A DNA stretch of 64,000 nt from Deltaproteobacteria bacterium (GTDB lineage: Bacteria; Myxococcota_A; Polyangia; Fen-1088). Shown here one piece after another: positions 35,543-44,177 of the stretch. The translations under genes were made by a program, and so were the position numbers. Under the pieces are notes generated by a model. That model did not search any database and had not been told where the DNA came from. It saw nothing but the letters and a program-made list of their open reading frames with translations. Every line of letters begins with the position of its first letter. The stretch's first letter is position 1. The stretch lies in contig JANRKS010000034.1 in the NCBI GenBank assembly GCA_033763315.1, positions 340 to 64,339 of the forward strand, in the 5' to 3' direction.

Positions 35543-37446
35543 GCGGGTACCCGCACCAGCGGCCCTGGGGCAGATGGCGTCGTCTTGTGCGCGCGTGCGG
35601 CGCGTGCGTAGGCACCCTGGCTTTGCATGAGCGTGGCGTGCGTGCCCCGTTCAACGATCTGTCCGCGTTCGAGCACCACGATCTCGTCGGCGATCTGACA
35701 CAGGGGCAAACGATGTGTGGCGACGATGGTGGTGCGGCCTTGCTTGGCGCGGTGAAGTGCCGCGATGACCTCGGCCTCCGTGGTGTTGTCCAATGCGGCC
35801 GTCGGATCGTCCAAAAGCAATATGGCTGGATCGGGAAGCAGCGCGCGCGCCAAAGCCAATCGTTGTCGCTCCCCTCCCGATAGGTTGCGGCCGCCTTCTT
35901 CAAGGTACGCTTCATAGGCGCCAGGCAGGCGCGACACGAAGCCATGAGCGGCCGCGAGTGTGGCCGCCGCTTCGATGTCGGCTTGCGACGCTGCGGGTGA
36001 GCCAAACGCGATGTTGTCAGCCACCGTGGTGCTAAAGAGGACGCTTTCTTGAAACATAAATCCGATGCGCTCGCGCAAGTAAACCAGGTCAAAGTCTCTG
36101 ACGTCCGTGCCGCTGATCAAAACCTGGCCCTGGGTCACGTCGTAAAAACGCGGCAGCAACGACAAAAGCGTGCTTTTGCCGCTGCCGGTGGCGCCGAATA
36201 ACACCACGGTTGTGCCGGTCGCGACCACCAGATTGATGCCGCGCAAAGCCTCCCCGGCGGGGCCATAGCCGAAGGACACGTCTCGCAATTCGATTTGCGG
36301 CGAAAATGGTGCGGGCCTCGCGCCTTGGGTTGGTGCCCGCACACCCACGGGTGCGTCAAGGATTTCAAACACGCGCCGCGCGCTGATCAGGCTTTGTTGC
36401 AGCGAGTTCACGATGTTCGAAACGTTGGCCACGGAGGCCGCGTACTGTTGCAACAGCCCTGCAAAAACGATGGCGTCACCCAGCGACACTTGGTTGGTCA
36501 TCACCAAGTGACCACCGTACGCAAGCAACACCACCAAGTTCAGGTGTGAAAGAAAATCGGTGGTGGGCGCGAAGATGGCCACCGCTTTGAACAAGCTTTG
36601 TTGCTGCGAACGCAGTTCCTGGTTTCGATCCTCGAACACCTTCTTCCGCTCAGACTCGCGCGCAAAGCCCTTGACCACAGCAATGCCTTGCACGCTTTCG
36701 GCGATCACGGTGACCACGCGGTCCAATAAGTCGCGTGAACGTTCGTAAGCGGGACGCGCGCGGCTCGAAAACCGCAGCGACGTCAAGGCCACAAGCGGCG
36801 CCGACGCCACACACGCAAACGTTAAGCCCCAGTGCTTCTTGGCCATATACACCACGGATAGCGCCAGCCCCAACGTGAGCGCGAGCCCTTGCAGCAGCAC
36901 CTGATCCACGAACGCCCGCACGTTTTGAACGTCGCCCGTGACGCGGTTGATGATGGCGCCTGAGGCGGTGGCATCGAAGAAGCGAAAGCTCATGCGTTGA
37001 AGCTTTGCGTAGACCGCCTCGCGCAGAGCGGGCACAATTTTCACTTGCACCAGATGGCCCGTGGTGATGCCGTAAACAAACGACAACACCGCTCGCAACA
37101 GCGCCAGGCCCAGGACTACTAGTCCGGCTGTAAGAACCAAGCGCATGCTCGACCAGTGCATCGGCACGTGCAGACCAAAAGGCCATCGCGGCGCCGGTGC
37201 GTTTGCGTCAAGCGCGTGTCGAATCACATCGATGGCCAACCCCGAGACGCCTAAGCCCGCGATCGACAAACCAACAAGCAGCGCCTGAATGAGGAGGGCA
37301 CCAATACAATCAAGTTTGTATTGCCACGCCAATGCTAAGAGGCGCGGCACCACCGAAGTCGTGGAAGCGGGCGGGCTGCCGTCAGGTTCGCTCATCGGTA
37401 GGGCAAAGCTATTCCATGACTGCGGCTTGGGCCAGCTTTGCCCCAT
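35539..37446 (-). CDS. ABC exporter, fused permease + ATPase; first gene of the heterodimer pair.
   Basis: TM domain, Walker A GATGSGKST, signature LSGGERQRLALARAL, Walker B ILLLDDPTAALD. Confidence 0.85.
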   Translation of the reverse strand: MGQSWPKPQSWNSFALPMSEPDGSPPASTTSVVPRLLALAWQYKLDCIGALLIQALLVGLSIAGLGVSGLAIDVIRHALDANAPAPRWPFGLHVPMHWSSMRLVLTAGLVVLGLALLRAVLSFVYGITTGHLVQVKIVPALREAVYAKLQRMSFRFFDATASGAIINRVTGDVQNVRAFVDQVLLQGLALTLGLALSVVYMAKKHWGLTFACVASAPLVALTSLRFSSRARPAYERSRDLLDRVVTVIAESVQGIAVVKGFARESERKKVFEDRNQELRSQQQSLFKAVAIFAPTTDFLSHLNLVVLLAYGGHLVMTNQVSLGDAIVFAGLLQQYAASVANVSNIVNSLQQSLISARRVFEILDAPVGVRAPTQGARPAPFSPQIELRDVSFGYGPAGEALRGINLVVATGTTVVLFGATGSGKSTLLSLLPRFYDVTQGQVLISGTDVRDFDLVYLRERIGFMFQESVLFSTTVADNIAFGSPAASQADIEAAATLAAAHGFVSRLPGAYEAYLEEGGRNLSGGERQRLALARALLPDPAILLLDDPTAALDNTTEAEVIAALHRAKQGRTTIVATHRLPLCQIADEIVVLERGQIVERGTHATLMQSQGAYARAARAHKTTPSAPGPLVRVPA

Positions 37447-37578
37447 GACCTTTATGATAAGTCATCCAGCCTAGAGTATAAGCAGTGTCAACCCCAAACG
37501 TGTCGCAGGCCACTTCGGCGCGCGGCTTAACGTTGTTTCCGTGCCGCGCGGGCATGCGATTGGCATAGACTTGCCGCC

Positions 37579-38934
37579 ATGGACGATTCGAAGCGAACGA
37601 ACCCTGCTCCGCCCGCGGATGACGACGTCACTGTGAGCCGCCGTCGCTTGTTTTCCGGCGCCGCCTTGGCGTCCGCCGGCATCATGGCCGGTTGTGCGGT
37701 GACCAAATCGTCCACGCCGCCAGCCACCGCGGCGCAACCGCCATCACCCAAAGAGCCCGTGGCCAACGGGATACCGGGCCCTTTCGCCGGACGGGTGATT
37801 GAGGTCCATCACGATGGCTCGGTGGCCAACGGCGCGATCGTGCAAGCCGCCGTGGGGCCGATGCTTCGCAAAGCCATGGGCGATCTTGCGTCCGCCGATG
37901 CCGTCACGGCGTGGAAACGGTTCTTCTCGCCGGGCGATCGCGTGGGGCTCAAAGTGAACTGCGTGGGGCATCCCGTCAGCGACCCCAAAAAGCACGCCGT
38001 TTACACCAGCCATGAGCTCATTCGTGAAGTCGTGGCGGCTTTGCGAGCCATTGGCGTGAACGACATCTTGTTGTTCGATCGCTACCGCATGGAATTTCAG
38101 ATTGCCCAATACCCTGAGGTTGCCAAGGAGCTTGGCATTCCGTGGGATGTCTCGGCCATCTCGTGGGACGAATCGCAGATCGATATGGAAGGGTATTCCA
38201 AAGGCGATCCAAGTGCGGAGTCACGCAACCAGGCGGCGCGCGCCGACGGCAGCCCTCGCGTGAGTGGGTACGATCCTGAGCACTTTGTGCATGTGGATTT
38301 TGTACACCCCGTTCACAACCCCACCGACCCACGCACGCGGCGTTCGCACCTGTCGAACATCGTGACCAAGAAGGTCGATAAGATCATAAACCTCTGCTTG
38401 GTCAAAGATCACGCGGCGGCGGGCGTGACGGGTGCCCTGAAAAACTTGTCGCACGGGTTGGTTGACAACGTGTGCCGCAGCCACAGCCGCAGCCAGCTCA
38501 ACCAAACGGCCACGTTCATTCCAGCGGTTCTTTCCCACCCGATGATTCGCCAAAAGTGTGTGCTCAACATCATGGAAGGCTTTCGGGGCCTTTATAACGG
38601 TGGCCCGTGGGCCAGCCCTTACTTGTTCACGCCGAAGTCGCTCCTTGTGTCCACCGATCCCGTGGCCATGGATCGCGTGGCGATCGCGATCATTGACGCG
38701 CGCCGCGCCGAGGAGGGGTTGCCGCCATTGCTCAAATCGGGGGCGGCCGCCGCGCACGGCGAAGGCGAGGGGCACCTGTTTCGCGGCACAACCCACGTTG
38801 AATTGGCCGGCGCCGCGGGTTTGGGCGTCTATCACACCAGCGCCGAAGAGCTACGCCGTTGGTTGGGGCACGACCCGGTGAAGTTGGGCCGGGATCCTCG
38901 CGTGATCGAACACGTTCGTTCCGAGCTAACGTAA
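37579..38934 (+). CDS. TAT-secreted protein, DUF362-like (tentative).
   Basis: SRRRLFSGAALASAGIMAGCA is a TAT signal with lipobox. VGLKVNCVGHP resembles the DUF362 N-terminal motif. Otherwise no motif is recognised, so the family call is weak. Confidence 0.45.
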   Translation: MDDSKRTNPAPPADDDVTVSRRRLFSGAALASAGIMAGCAVTKSSTPPATAAQPPSPKEPVANGIPGPFAGRVIEVHHDGSVANGAIVQAAVGPMLRKAMGDLASADAVTAWKRFFSPGDRVGLKVNCVGHPVSDPKKHAVYTSHELIREVVAALRAIGVNDILLFDRYRMEFQIAQYPEVAKELGIPWDVSAISWDESQIDMEGYSKGDPSAESRNQAARADGSPRVSGYDPEHFVHVDFVHPVHNPTDPRTRRSHLSNIVTKKVDKIINLCLVKDHAAAGVTGALKNLSHGLVDNVCRSHSRSQLNQTATFIPAVLSHPMIRQKCVLNIMEGFRGLYNGGPWASPYLFTPKSLLVSTDPVAMDRVAIAIIDARRAEEGLPPLLKSGAAAAHGEGEGHLFRGTTHVELAGAAGLGVYHTSAEELRRWLGHDPVKLGRDPRVIEHVRSELT

Positions 38935-38952
38935 TCTGGTAAATAGCGGCCC

Positions 38953-40776
38953 GTGGCTTTGCTTCTGTCCGCCCAATCGTTGGGTCACGCCTTTGCGGCG
39001 CGTCCTTTGTTCCAAAACGTCAGCTTTACGGTAGCCGATGGTGATCGCGTGGGTCTTATTGGCCCCAACGGCGCGGGCAAGTCTACGTTGTTGAAGATTT
39101 TGGCGGGCGAGCTTGGTCCCGATGAGGGCGAAGTGGCCAAACGGGGTGGCTTGCGTGTGACGTATTTGGCGCAAACGCCTGCATTTGCACCAGGGGCCAC
39201 CGTGCGCCAAGCCGTGTCCGAAGGCGCGCCCGCAGGCGGCGGCTATGAATGGGAAATCGATGCGCGTGTGGACGAGCTCATCGCCAAACTGAACTTGTCG
39301 CAAGACGGAATCGGCCCGGACGCCGAGGTGTCGCGTCTTTCCGGTGGTTGGCAAAAGCGCGTGGCACTGGCACGCGCGTTGGCGGGCGAGCCTGAGCTCT
39401 TGCTGTTGGACGAGCCCACCAACCATTTGGACGTGGAAAGCATCCTGTGGCTGGAAAACCTGCTTACGCAGGCGCGTTTTGCGACGATCACAATCACACA
39501 CGACCGGGCATTCTTACAAAAGGCCGCCAACCGCATCCTAGAGCTCGATCGCCGCAACGCGGGCGGCCTGTTAGATGTGGCGGGCGACTACGCCACGTAC
39601 CTTGAACGCAAGGCCGAAGCGATGGCGGCGCAAGAGCGCCGCGAGGACACGCTGCGGAACACGTTGCGCCGCGAAACGGAATGGTTGCGTCGTGGCCCAC
39701 CGGCCCGCACGACGAAACAAGAGGCGCGCATTCAACGTGCAGGAGCGTTGGCCGAAGAGGTGGGCGAGCTAGCGACGCGCAACCAGCAAAAGGGCGTGTC
39801 CCTCGATTTTCAAGGCGTGGGCCGCAAACCCAAGCGCCTGATCGAAGCACAGGCCATCGGCAAATCCTATGGCGGCCGCAGCGTGTTCGACAACATCAGC
39901 CTGTTCATCGGCCCGGGCAGCCGCGTGGCACTGCTAGGCCCCAATGGTTGCGGCAAATCAACTTTGTTGCGTGTGTTGGTGAGTCACGAGAACCCCGACA
40001 AGGGTCAAGTCTTGCGCGCCGAATCGCTCTCGGTCGCCTGGTTCGAGCAAGATCGTGGCTCGCTCGATCCCGACCAAACGCTGGCCGACGCGATTTGCCC
40101 GATTGGTGATCACGTTGATTTTCGTGGCGCCCGCTTGCACCGTTATGGCTACCTCGAACGATTCTTGTTTCGTCCCGAGCAGATGAACCTGGCCGTGGGC
40201 AAGCTGTCAGGTGGCGAACAAAGCCGTCTGTTGGTGGCGCGCTTGATGTTAAAGCCCGCCAGCATCCTGGTACTGGATGAACCCACGAATGATCTGGATC
40301 TCGCCACACTCGATGTCTTGCAAGACGCTTTGACAAGCTTCAATGGAGCCGTGCTTCTCGTAACGCACGATCGGTTCTTCTTGGACCAAGTGGCCACGCA
40401 GATCTTGGCGTTTCACACGCACCCCGACGAACACGGCCGCATCACCTCGTTTGCGGATCTGAACCAATGGCAGGCCTGGCATCCATCTCAGTTGGTGCAG
40501 CGATCTTCGAAGGCAGAGCCCAAGGCCACCGTCGAGACGAAGCGCAAGAAACTCAGCTATAAAGACCAACGCGAATGGGACAGCATCGAAGCACGCATCG
40601 AGACTGCCGAAGCCGCGGTCAAAGCGTTGGAAGAAGAATGCTTGCGCCCCGACGTTTCGGTAAACGCCGCCCGCTTGCTTGAGCTTCACGCGGAGATCGA
40701 CAAAACGCGCACCAAGGTGGAGGGCCTTTATGCGCGGTGGTCGGAGCTTGAGGCGATGATCAAAGGTGACGCCTGA
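38953..40776 (+). CDS. ABC-F family ATPase (two tandem ABC domains, no TM; Uup/EttA-like).
   Basis: Two Walker A motifs (GPNGAGKST, GPNGCGKST), two signature motifs (LSGGWQKR, LSGGEQSR), an inter-domain linker, and a C-terminal coiled-coil. No membrane domain. Confidence 0.85.
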   Translation: MALLLSAQSLGHAFAARPLFQNVSFTVADGDRVGLIGPNGAGKSTLLKILAGELGPDEGEVAKRGGLRVTYLAQTPAFAPGATVRQAVSEGAPAGGGYEWEIDARVDELIAKLNLSQDGIGPDAEVSRLSGGWQKRVALARALAGEPELLLLDEPTNHLDVESILWLENLLTQARFATITITHDRAFLQKAANRILELDRRNAGGLLDVAGDYATYLERKAEAMAAQERREDTLRNTLRRETEWLRRGPPARTTKQEARIQRAGALAEEVGELATRNQQKGVSLDFQGVGRKPKRLIEAQAIGKSYGGRSVFDNISLFIGPGSRVALLGPNGCGKSTLLRVLVSHENPDKGQVLRAESLSVAWFEQDRGSLDPDQTLADAICPIGDHVDFRGARLHRYGYLERFLFRPEQMNLAVGKLSGGEQSRLLVARLMLKPASILVLDEPTNDLDLATLDVLQDALTSFNGAVLLVTHDRFFLDQVATQILAFHTHPDEHGRITSFADLNQWQAWHPSQLVQRSSKAEPKATVETKRKKLSYKDQREWDSIEARIETAEAAVKALEEECLRPDVSVNAARLLELHAEIDKTRTKVEGLYARWSELEAMIKGDA

Positions 40777-40779
40777 GCT

Positions 40780-42135
40780 TCACTTTAGCTGAACCTCGAA
40801 CACCGTATCGATCGGATCAGGCATCGCAAAGGTGTGATGCACAGGTTTGGCGACGTTCATGAACACGTCCTGGCCGCTGTCTTGGCCAAACTTGTTGGTT
40901 CCTAAGTAGGCCTCCGCACGATCGGACACCAGGCGTGCATTCACGATCCTGTTTCGCACCCCGGGCAGCAAGATGTAGCTGATCGGTGGATCCGTTACGT
41001 GAACGTAAAGTGACTTTCCCTTTTGTGTGAAGCGCCCATATTCAGGCTTGGGCAGCGCCGCCGCTCCTGCGCCATAGACGCTCTCCCCGTTGACCTGCAG
41101 CCATCGGCCCACCTCATTCAACACGCGAACTGAATCTTCGGGAATGCGCCCGCGGCCATCGGGGCCCACGTTCAGCAGCAGGTTGCCCCCTTTGCTCACA
41201 GCATTCACGAGCGCTCCCACGATCTGCTTGCTGGTCTTCCATTGCTTATCGTTGCGGTTAAATCCCCAGCTGTTGTTTAACGTTAAACACGTTTCCCAGG
41301 GCAGCAGGCGACCCTCCGCGTCGGTGGGAGCCACCTCAGGAATGCCCTGCTCGGGCGTCACGAAGTCGCCGGTGCTCATGCCGTGGGACACGCCGTCCCC
41401 GCCCAACCGGTTGTTCAATATCGCTGTGGGTTGTGCCTGGCGCACCACCTTAAGCAGCTCTTTGGCTCGCCACGCTTCGCCCGTGAGTTTGTCGTAAGAG
41501 AAGTCAAACCACAGCACATCCAACTTGCCATAGTTGTGAACAATCTCTGAGATCTGGCCGTGCATGTACTTGAGGTAGCGATCAAAGTCGTGGCGCTTGT
41601 CTTTCCACGCCATGTTGTCGCGTTCGGGGTGGTGATGGTCGCCAAAGTGTGGGTAATCCTCGTGATGCCAATCAAGCAAAGAATAATACAGACCCACCTT
41701 GAGCCCTTCGGCGCGGAAGGCGTCAACGAACTCGCGTACCAGATCGCGCTTTGAGGCCGTTGCCGTCGACTTGTACGTCGTAAGCTTGCTGTCGAACAAA
41801 CAAAACCCGTCGTGGTGTTTCGCGGTCATGACGGCGTATTTCATGCCCGCGGCCTTCGCGAGCTTGGCCAACGCCCGCGCGTCGAAATCCACTGGGTTGA
41901 AGCTTTGAGCGAATGGCTCGTAAGCCTCCACCGAAATCTTCTCAACGCTACGCACCCATTCGCCGCGGCCCAGGGTTGAATACACGCCAAAGTGGATGAA
42001 CATGCCGAACCGCGCGTCCTGCCACCAAGCCAGATTGTTGGCGGGGCGAGAAGGCGCCGTTTTCACGGCTGGTGCGGCAACCGCCGTGGTGCAGAACAGT
42101 AAGGTCAGCCCTATGACACGCTGCAAAGTCGACAT
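40780..42135 (-). CDS. Secreted GH29 alpha-L-fucosidase.
   Basis: Signal peptide. WWQDARFGMFIHFGVYS...MKYAVMTAKHHDGFCLFDS...GLYYSLLDWHH are the canonical GH29 N-terminal motifs. Confidence 0.85.
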   Translation of the reverse strand: MSTLQRVIGLTLLFCTTAVAAPAVKTAPSRPANNLAWWQDARFGMFIHFGVYSTLGRGEWVRSVEKISVEAYEPFAQSFNPVDFDARALAKLAKAAGMKYAVMTAKHHDGFCLFDSKLTTYKSTATASKRDLVREFVDAFRAEGLKVGLYYSLLDWHHEDYPHFGDHHHPERDNMAWKDKRHDFDRYLKYMHGQISEIVHNYGKLDVLWFDFSYDKLTGEAWRAKELLKVVRQAQPTAILNNRLGGDGVSHGMSTGDFVTPEQGIPEVAPTDAEGRLLPWETCLTLNNSWGFNRNDKQWKTSKQIVGALVNAVSKGGNLLLNVGPDGRGRIPEDSVRVLNEVGRWLQVNGESVYGAGAAALPKPEYGRFTQKGKSLYVHVTDPPISYILLPGVRNRIVNARLVSDRAEAYLGTNKFGQDSGQDVFMNVAKPVHHTFAMPDPIDTVFEVQLK

Positions 42136-42192
42136 TGTATAGGACTATAATACCTGCCCGCGTTCCGGGCACGCAAAAACCCACCACCGGGG

Positions 42193-43494
42193 TCAATTGA
42201 AGGCCCAGCTCACATCCGCGTAGAATCCGTTAATCCGCAGCCGGTAATCGTCGTTTCCTGCGGCCCCACAGAATGCGCAGGGTTGCTGTCCCGGCGACGC
42301 TGGATCGATGTCCTCTGGCCTCACCTGACCCGCGCCGCGGCGGTGGGCGTAAGCGACGTTGAACTGCCAGGCGCCGACGCTATACCCGGCCCCCGCTGTG
42401 AACACGTGCGTCGGTGCGGGCGGCGTCCCAAATGCGGAAGGGTAGCGCTCGTTGGTGATCTTGCCATCAAAGATGTAGCCGCCGCGCAGGGCGAAGGGGC
42501 GCACACCCGACGGGGTTGGCAGCAGCCTATATTCAACGCCCGTGCGAAGAGTGAAGGCATCGCGCCAGTTGAACACGTTGGGCACGGCGGCCCGCATTGG
42601 CGTGGCGCCCGGATCCGCGGGTGGAACCCCCGTGAGTGGATACGCACCGTTTTGGTGGCCGAAGATGTATTCGCCATCAACGGCGAAGCCCCACGCCTGC
42701 CAATCGGCGCGCGCGCCAGCACCAAGTTTCGATGGCAGTACGAACGACGTTTCGATGTCGGAATAGGTCCTCTGCAAAGCGATGCCTTGATCGTTTGTCA
42801 CCGTTGTTTTTGTGCGGTGGCGGTACGTGGTGCCGAGTTGCAGCCACGGCAACGGCGCCCATTGCAGTCCCACGCGCGCACCGAGAAAGTTGGTTCCCGT
42901 CATTTTGAAATCAAGCCCCGGCGGGATCGTTGAGCCCGGCACGCCCTGAAAACGTTCGAGGCTGACGTACGTCACCCGGTAGCCCAAGCCTAAGCGCACT
43001 TGCGGTGTCAGGTTAACGGCGATCCCGGGTGAAGCTTCAAGAAACACCAAGTGGGTCTTGTTCTCGGCGGTGTTGCTGCCAACGGGGTACTTATACGTGG
43101 CGCCTGCTGAGGCCACCGGATAAAGGCCAAAGCCCAACGTCACGAGCCGGCTCACGCGATACCCAGCGCCCAGCAAAAACAGGGGCGCCACGGTCAGCTC
43201 AGAGTCGCGATCTTTAGACAGGACGTCGGGGCTGGCGTGCGTCTTCGCCAGCAACAACGAGAAGTCTGCGATCAACGACAGACGTTGCACGTTGCCCAAC
43301 CCTGCGGGGTTGTGAAACAGGGCGGAGCCATCGTTTACGTAAGAGATGGCCGTGCCGCCCATGCCTATGTGGCGAGCGGAATACAACATCGGCGTGTCGT
43401 ATCCACCGGCGCGCACCGCAGCGGACGCAAAGGTGAGCGCGCCGGCGAATGCCAACGCACACGACAGCCGCTCACATTTGCGCGTTGCCATCAC
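42193..43494 (-). CDS. Outer-membrane beta-barrel protein, FadL/OmpP1/TodX-like (tentative).
   Basis: Signal peptide. GGYDTPMLYSARHIGMGGTAISYVNDGSALFHNPAGL resembles the FadL-family N-terminus. Alternating amphipathic strands run throughout, ending YADVSWAFN. Confidence 0.55.
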   Translation of the reverse strand: MMATRKCERLSCALAFAGALTFASAAVRAGGYDTPMLYSARHIGMGGTAISYVNDGSALFHNPAGLGNVQRLSLIADFSLLLAKTHASPDVLSKDRDSELTVAPLFLLGAGYRVSRLVTLGFGLYPVASAGATYKYPVGSNTAENKTHLVFLEASPGIAVNLTPQVRLGLGYRVTYVSLERFQGVPGSTIPPGLDFKMTGTNFLGARVGLQWAPLPWLQLGTTYRHRTKTTVTNDQGIALQRTYSDIETSFVLPSKLGAGARADWQAWGFAVDGEYIFGHQNGAYPLTGVPPADPGATPMRAAVPNVFNWRDAFTLRTGVEYRLLPTPSGVRPFALRGGYIFDGKITNERYPSAFGTPPAPTHVFTAGAGYSVGAWQFNVAYAHRRGAGQVRPEDIDPASPGQQPCAFCGAAGNDDYRLRINGFYADVSWAFN

Positions 43495-43496
43495 GA

Positions 43497-44051
43497 TCAG
43501 TTACCTGCGCTCGCGTCAGCCCCTGCGTCGGCTCCTGTGCTTGGGGCCGGTAGGCCGCTGCACATATAGAAGATGCTGAGGCATCCGTTCTGCTGTTGGC
43601 AACTGATGCACGCGGTGCTTGATGAATCAGCGGAACAGGGCACCTGGCACTTATCAATGGTGCAGTTGAAAGCCTTTTTGTAGCAATCCAAGCACACGTC
43701 GCTAACGCTTGGGTTGATCGTTTGTTTGACGCAAGCACTGGTGCAATCGTCGCCGCCACCGTTGAGAAAACACGACCGGCCACACGTGCGGGCCGCACCA
43801 CCAACGTCGTTAGCGCATACGACGTTCAAATCCGCCGCCGACGCGCACTTTCCCGCAAGCGAGGTGCCGGCTTCCAAGGTTGTTCGGTTGTAGGCCGCGA
43901 AGGTAGCCACGCACATCGCCGGCCCCACCGGACCATCAATGGCCGCATCGCCCACCGGCGTGACAGGCCCATCATCTTCATCATCGCATCCGGCTGTCGC
44001 GAGAACACCGGCCGCAGAGATCGCGCAGAGACACAGAATAAGGCGTTTCAT
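43497..44051 (-). CDS. Cys-rich lipoprotein (unknown function), immediately upstream of the outer-membrane protein gene.
   Basis: MKRLILCLCAISAAGVLATAGCDDEDDG lipobox, 20 Cys in 184 aa, Ala/Gly-rich C-terminal tail. Its stop abuts the downstream gene's start. Confidence 0.5.
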   Translation of the reverse strand: MKRLILCLCAISAAGVLATAGCDDEDDGPVTPVGDAAIDGPVGPAMCVATFAAYNRTTLEAGTSLAGKCASAADLNVVCANDVGGAARTCGRSCFLNGGGDDCTSACVKQTINPSVSDVCLDCYKKAFNCTIDKCQVPCSADSSSTACISCQQQNGCLSIFYMCSGLPAPSTGADAGADASAGN

Positions 44052-44177
44052 CGTATCCTCCCCCGAAAAAAAGCCGCCCCAAAGCGAACGACGGCCTAAG
44101 GCACTTTAACGACCTGGGCGAAATGAAGCAAATCGATCGAACCCAACGGGTGATGGCGATTACGTCGTTGCGGCTCA

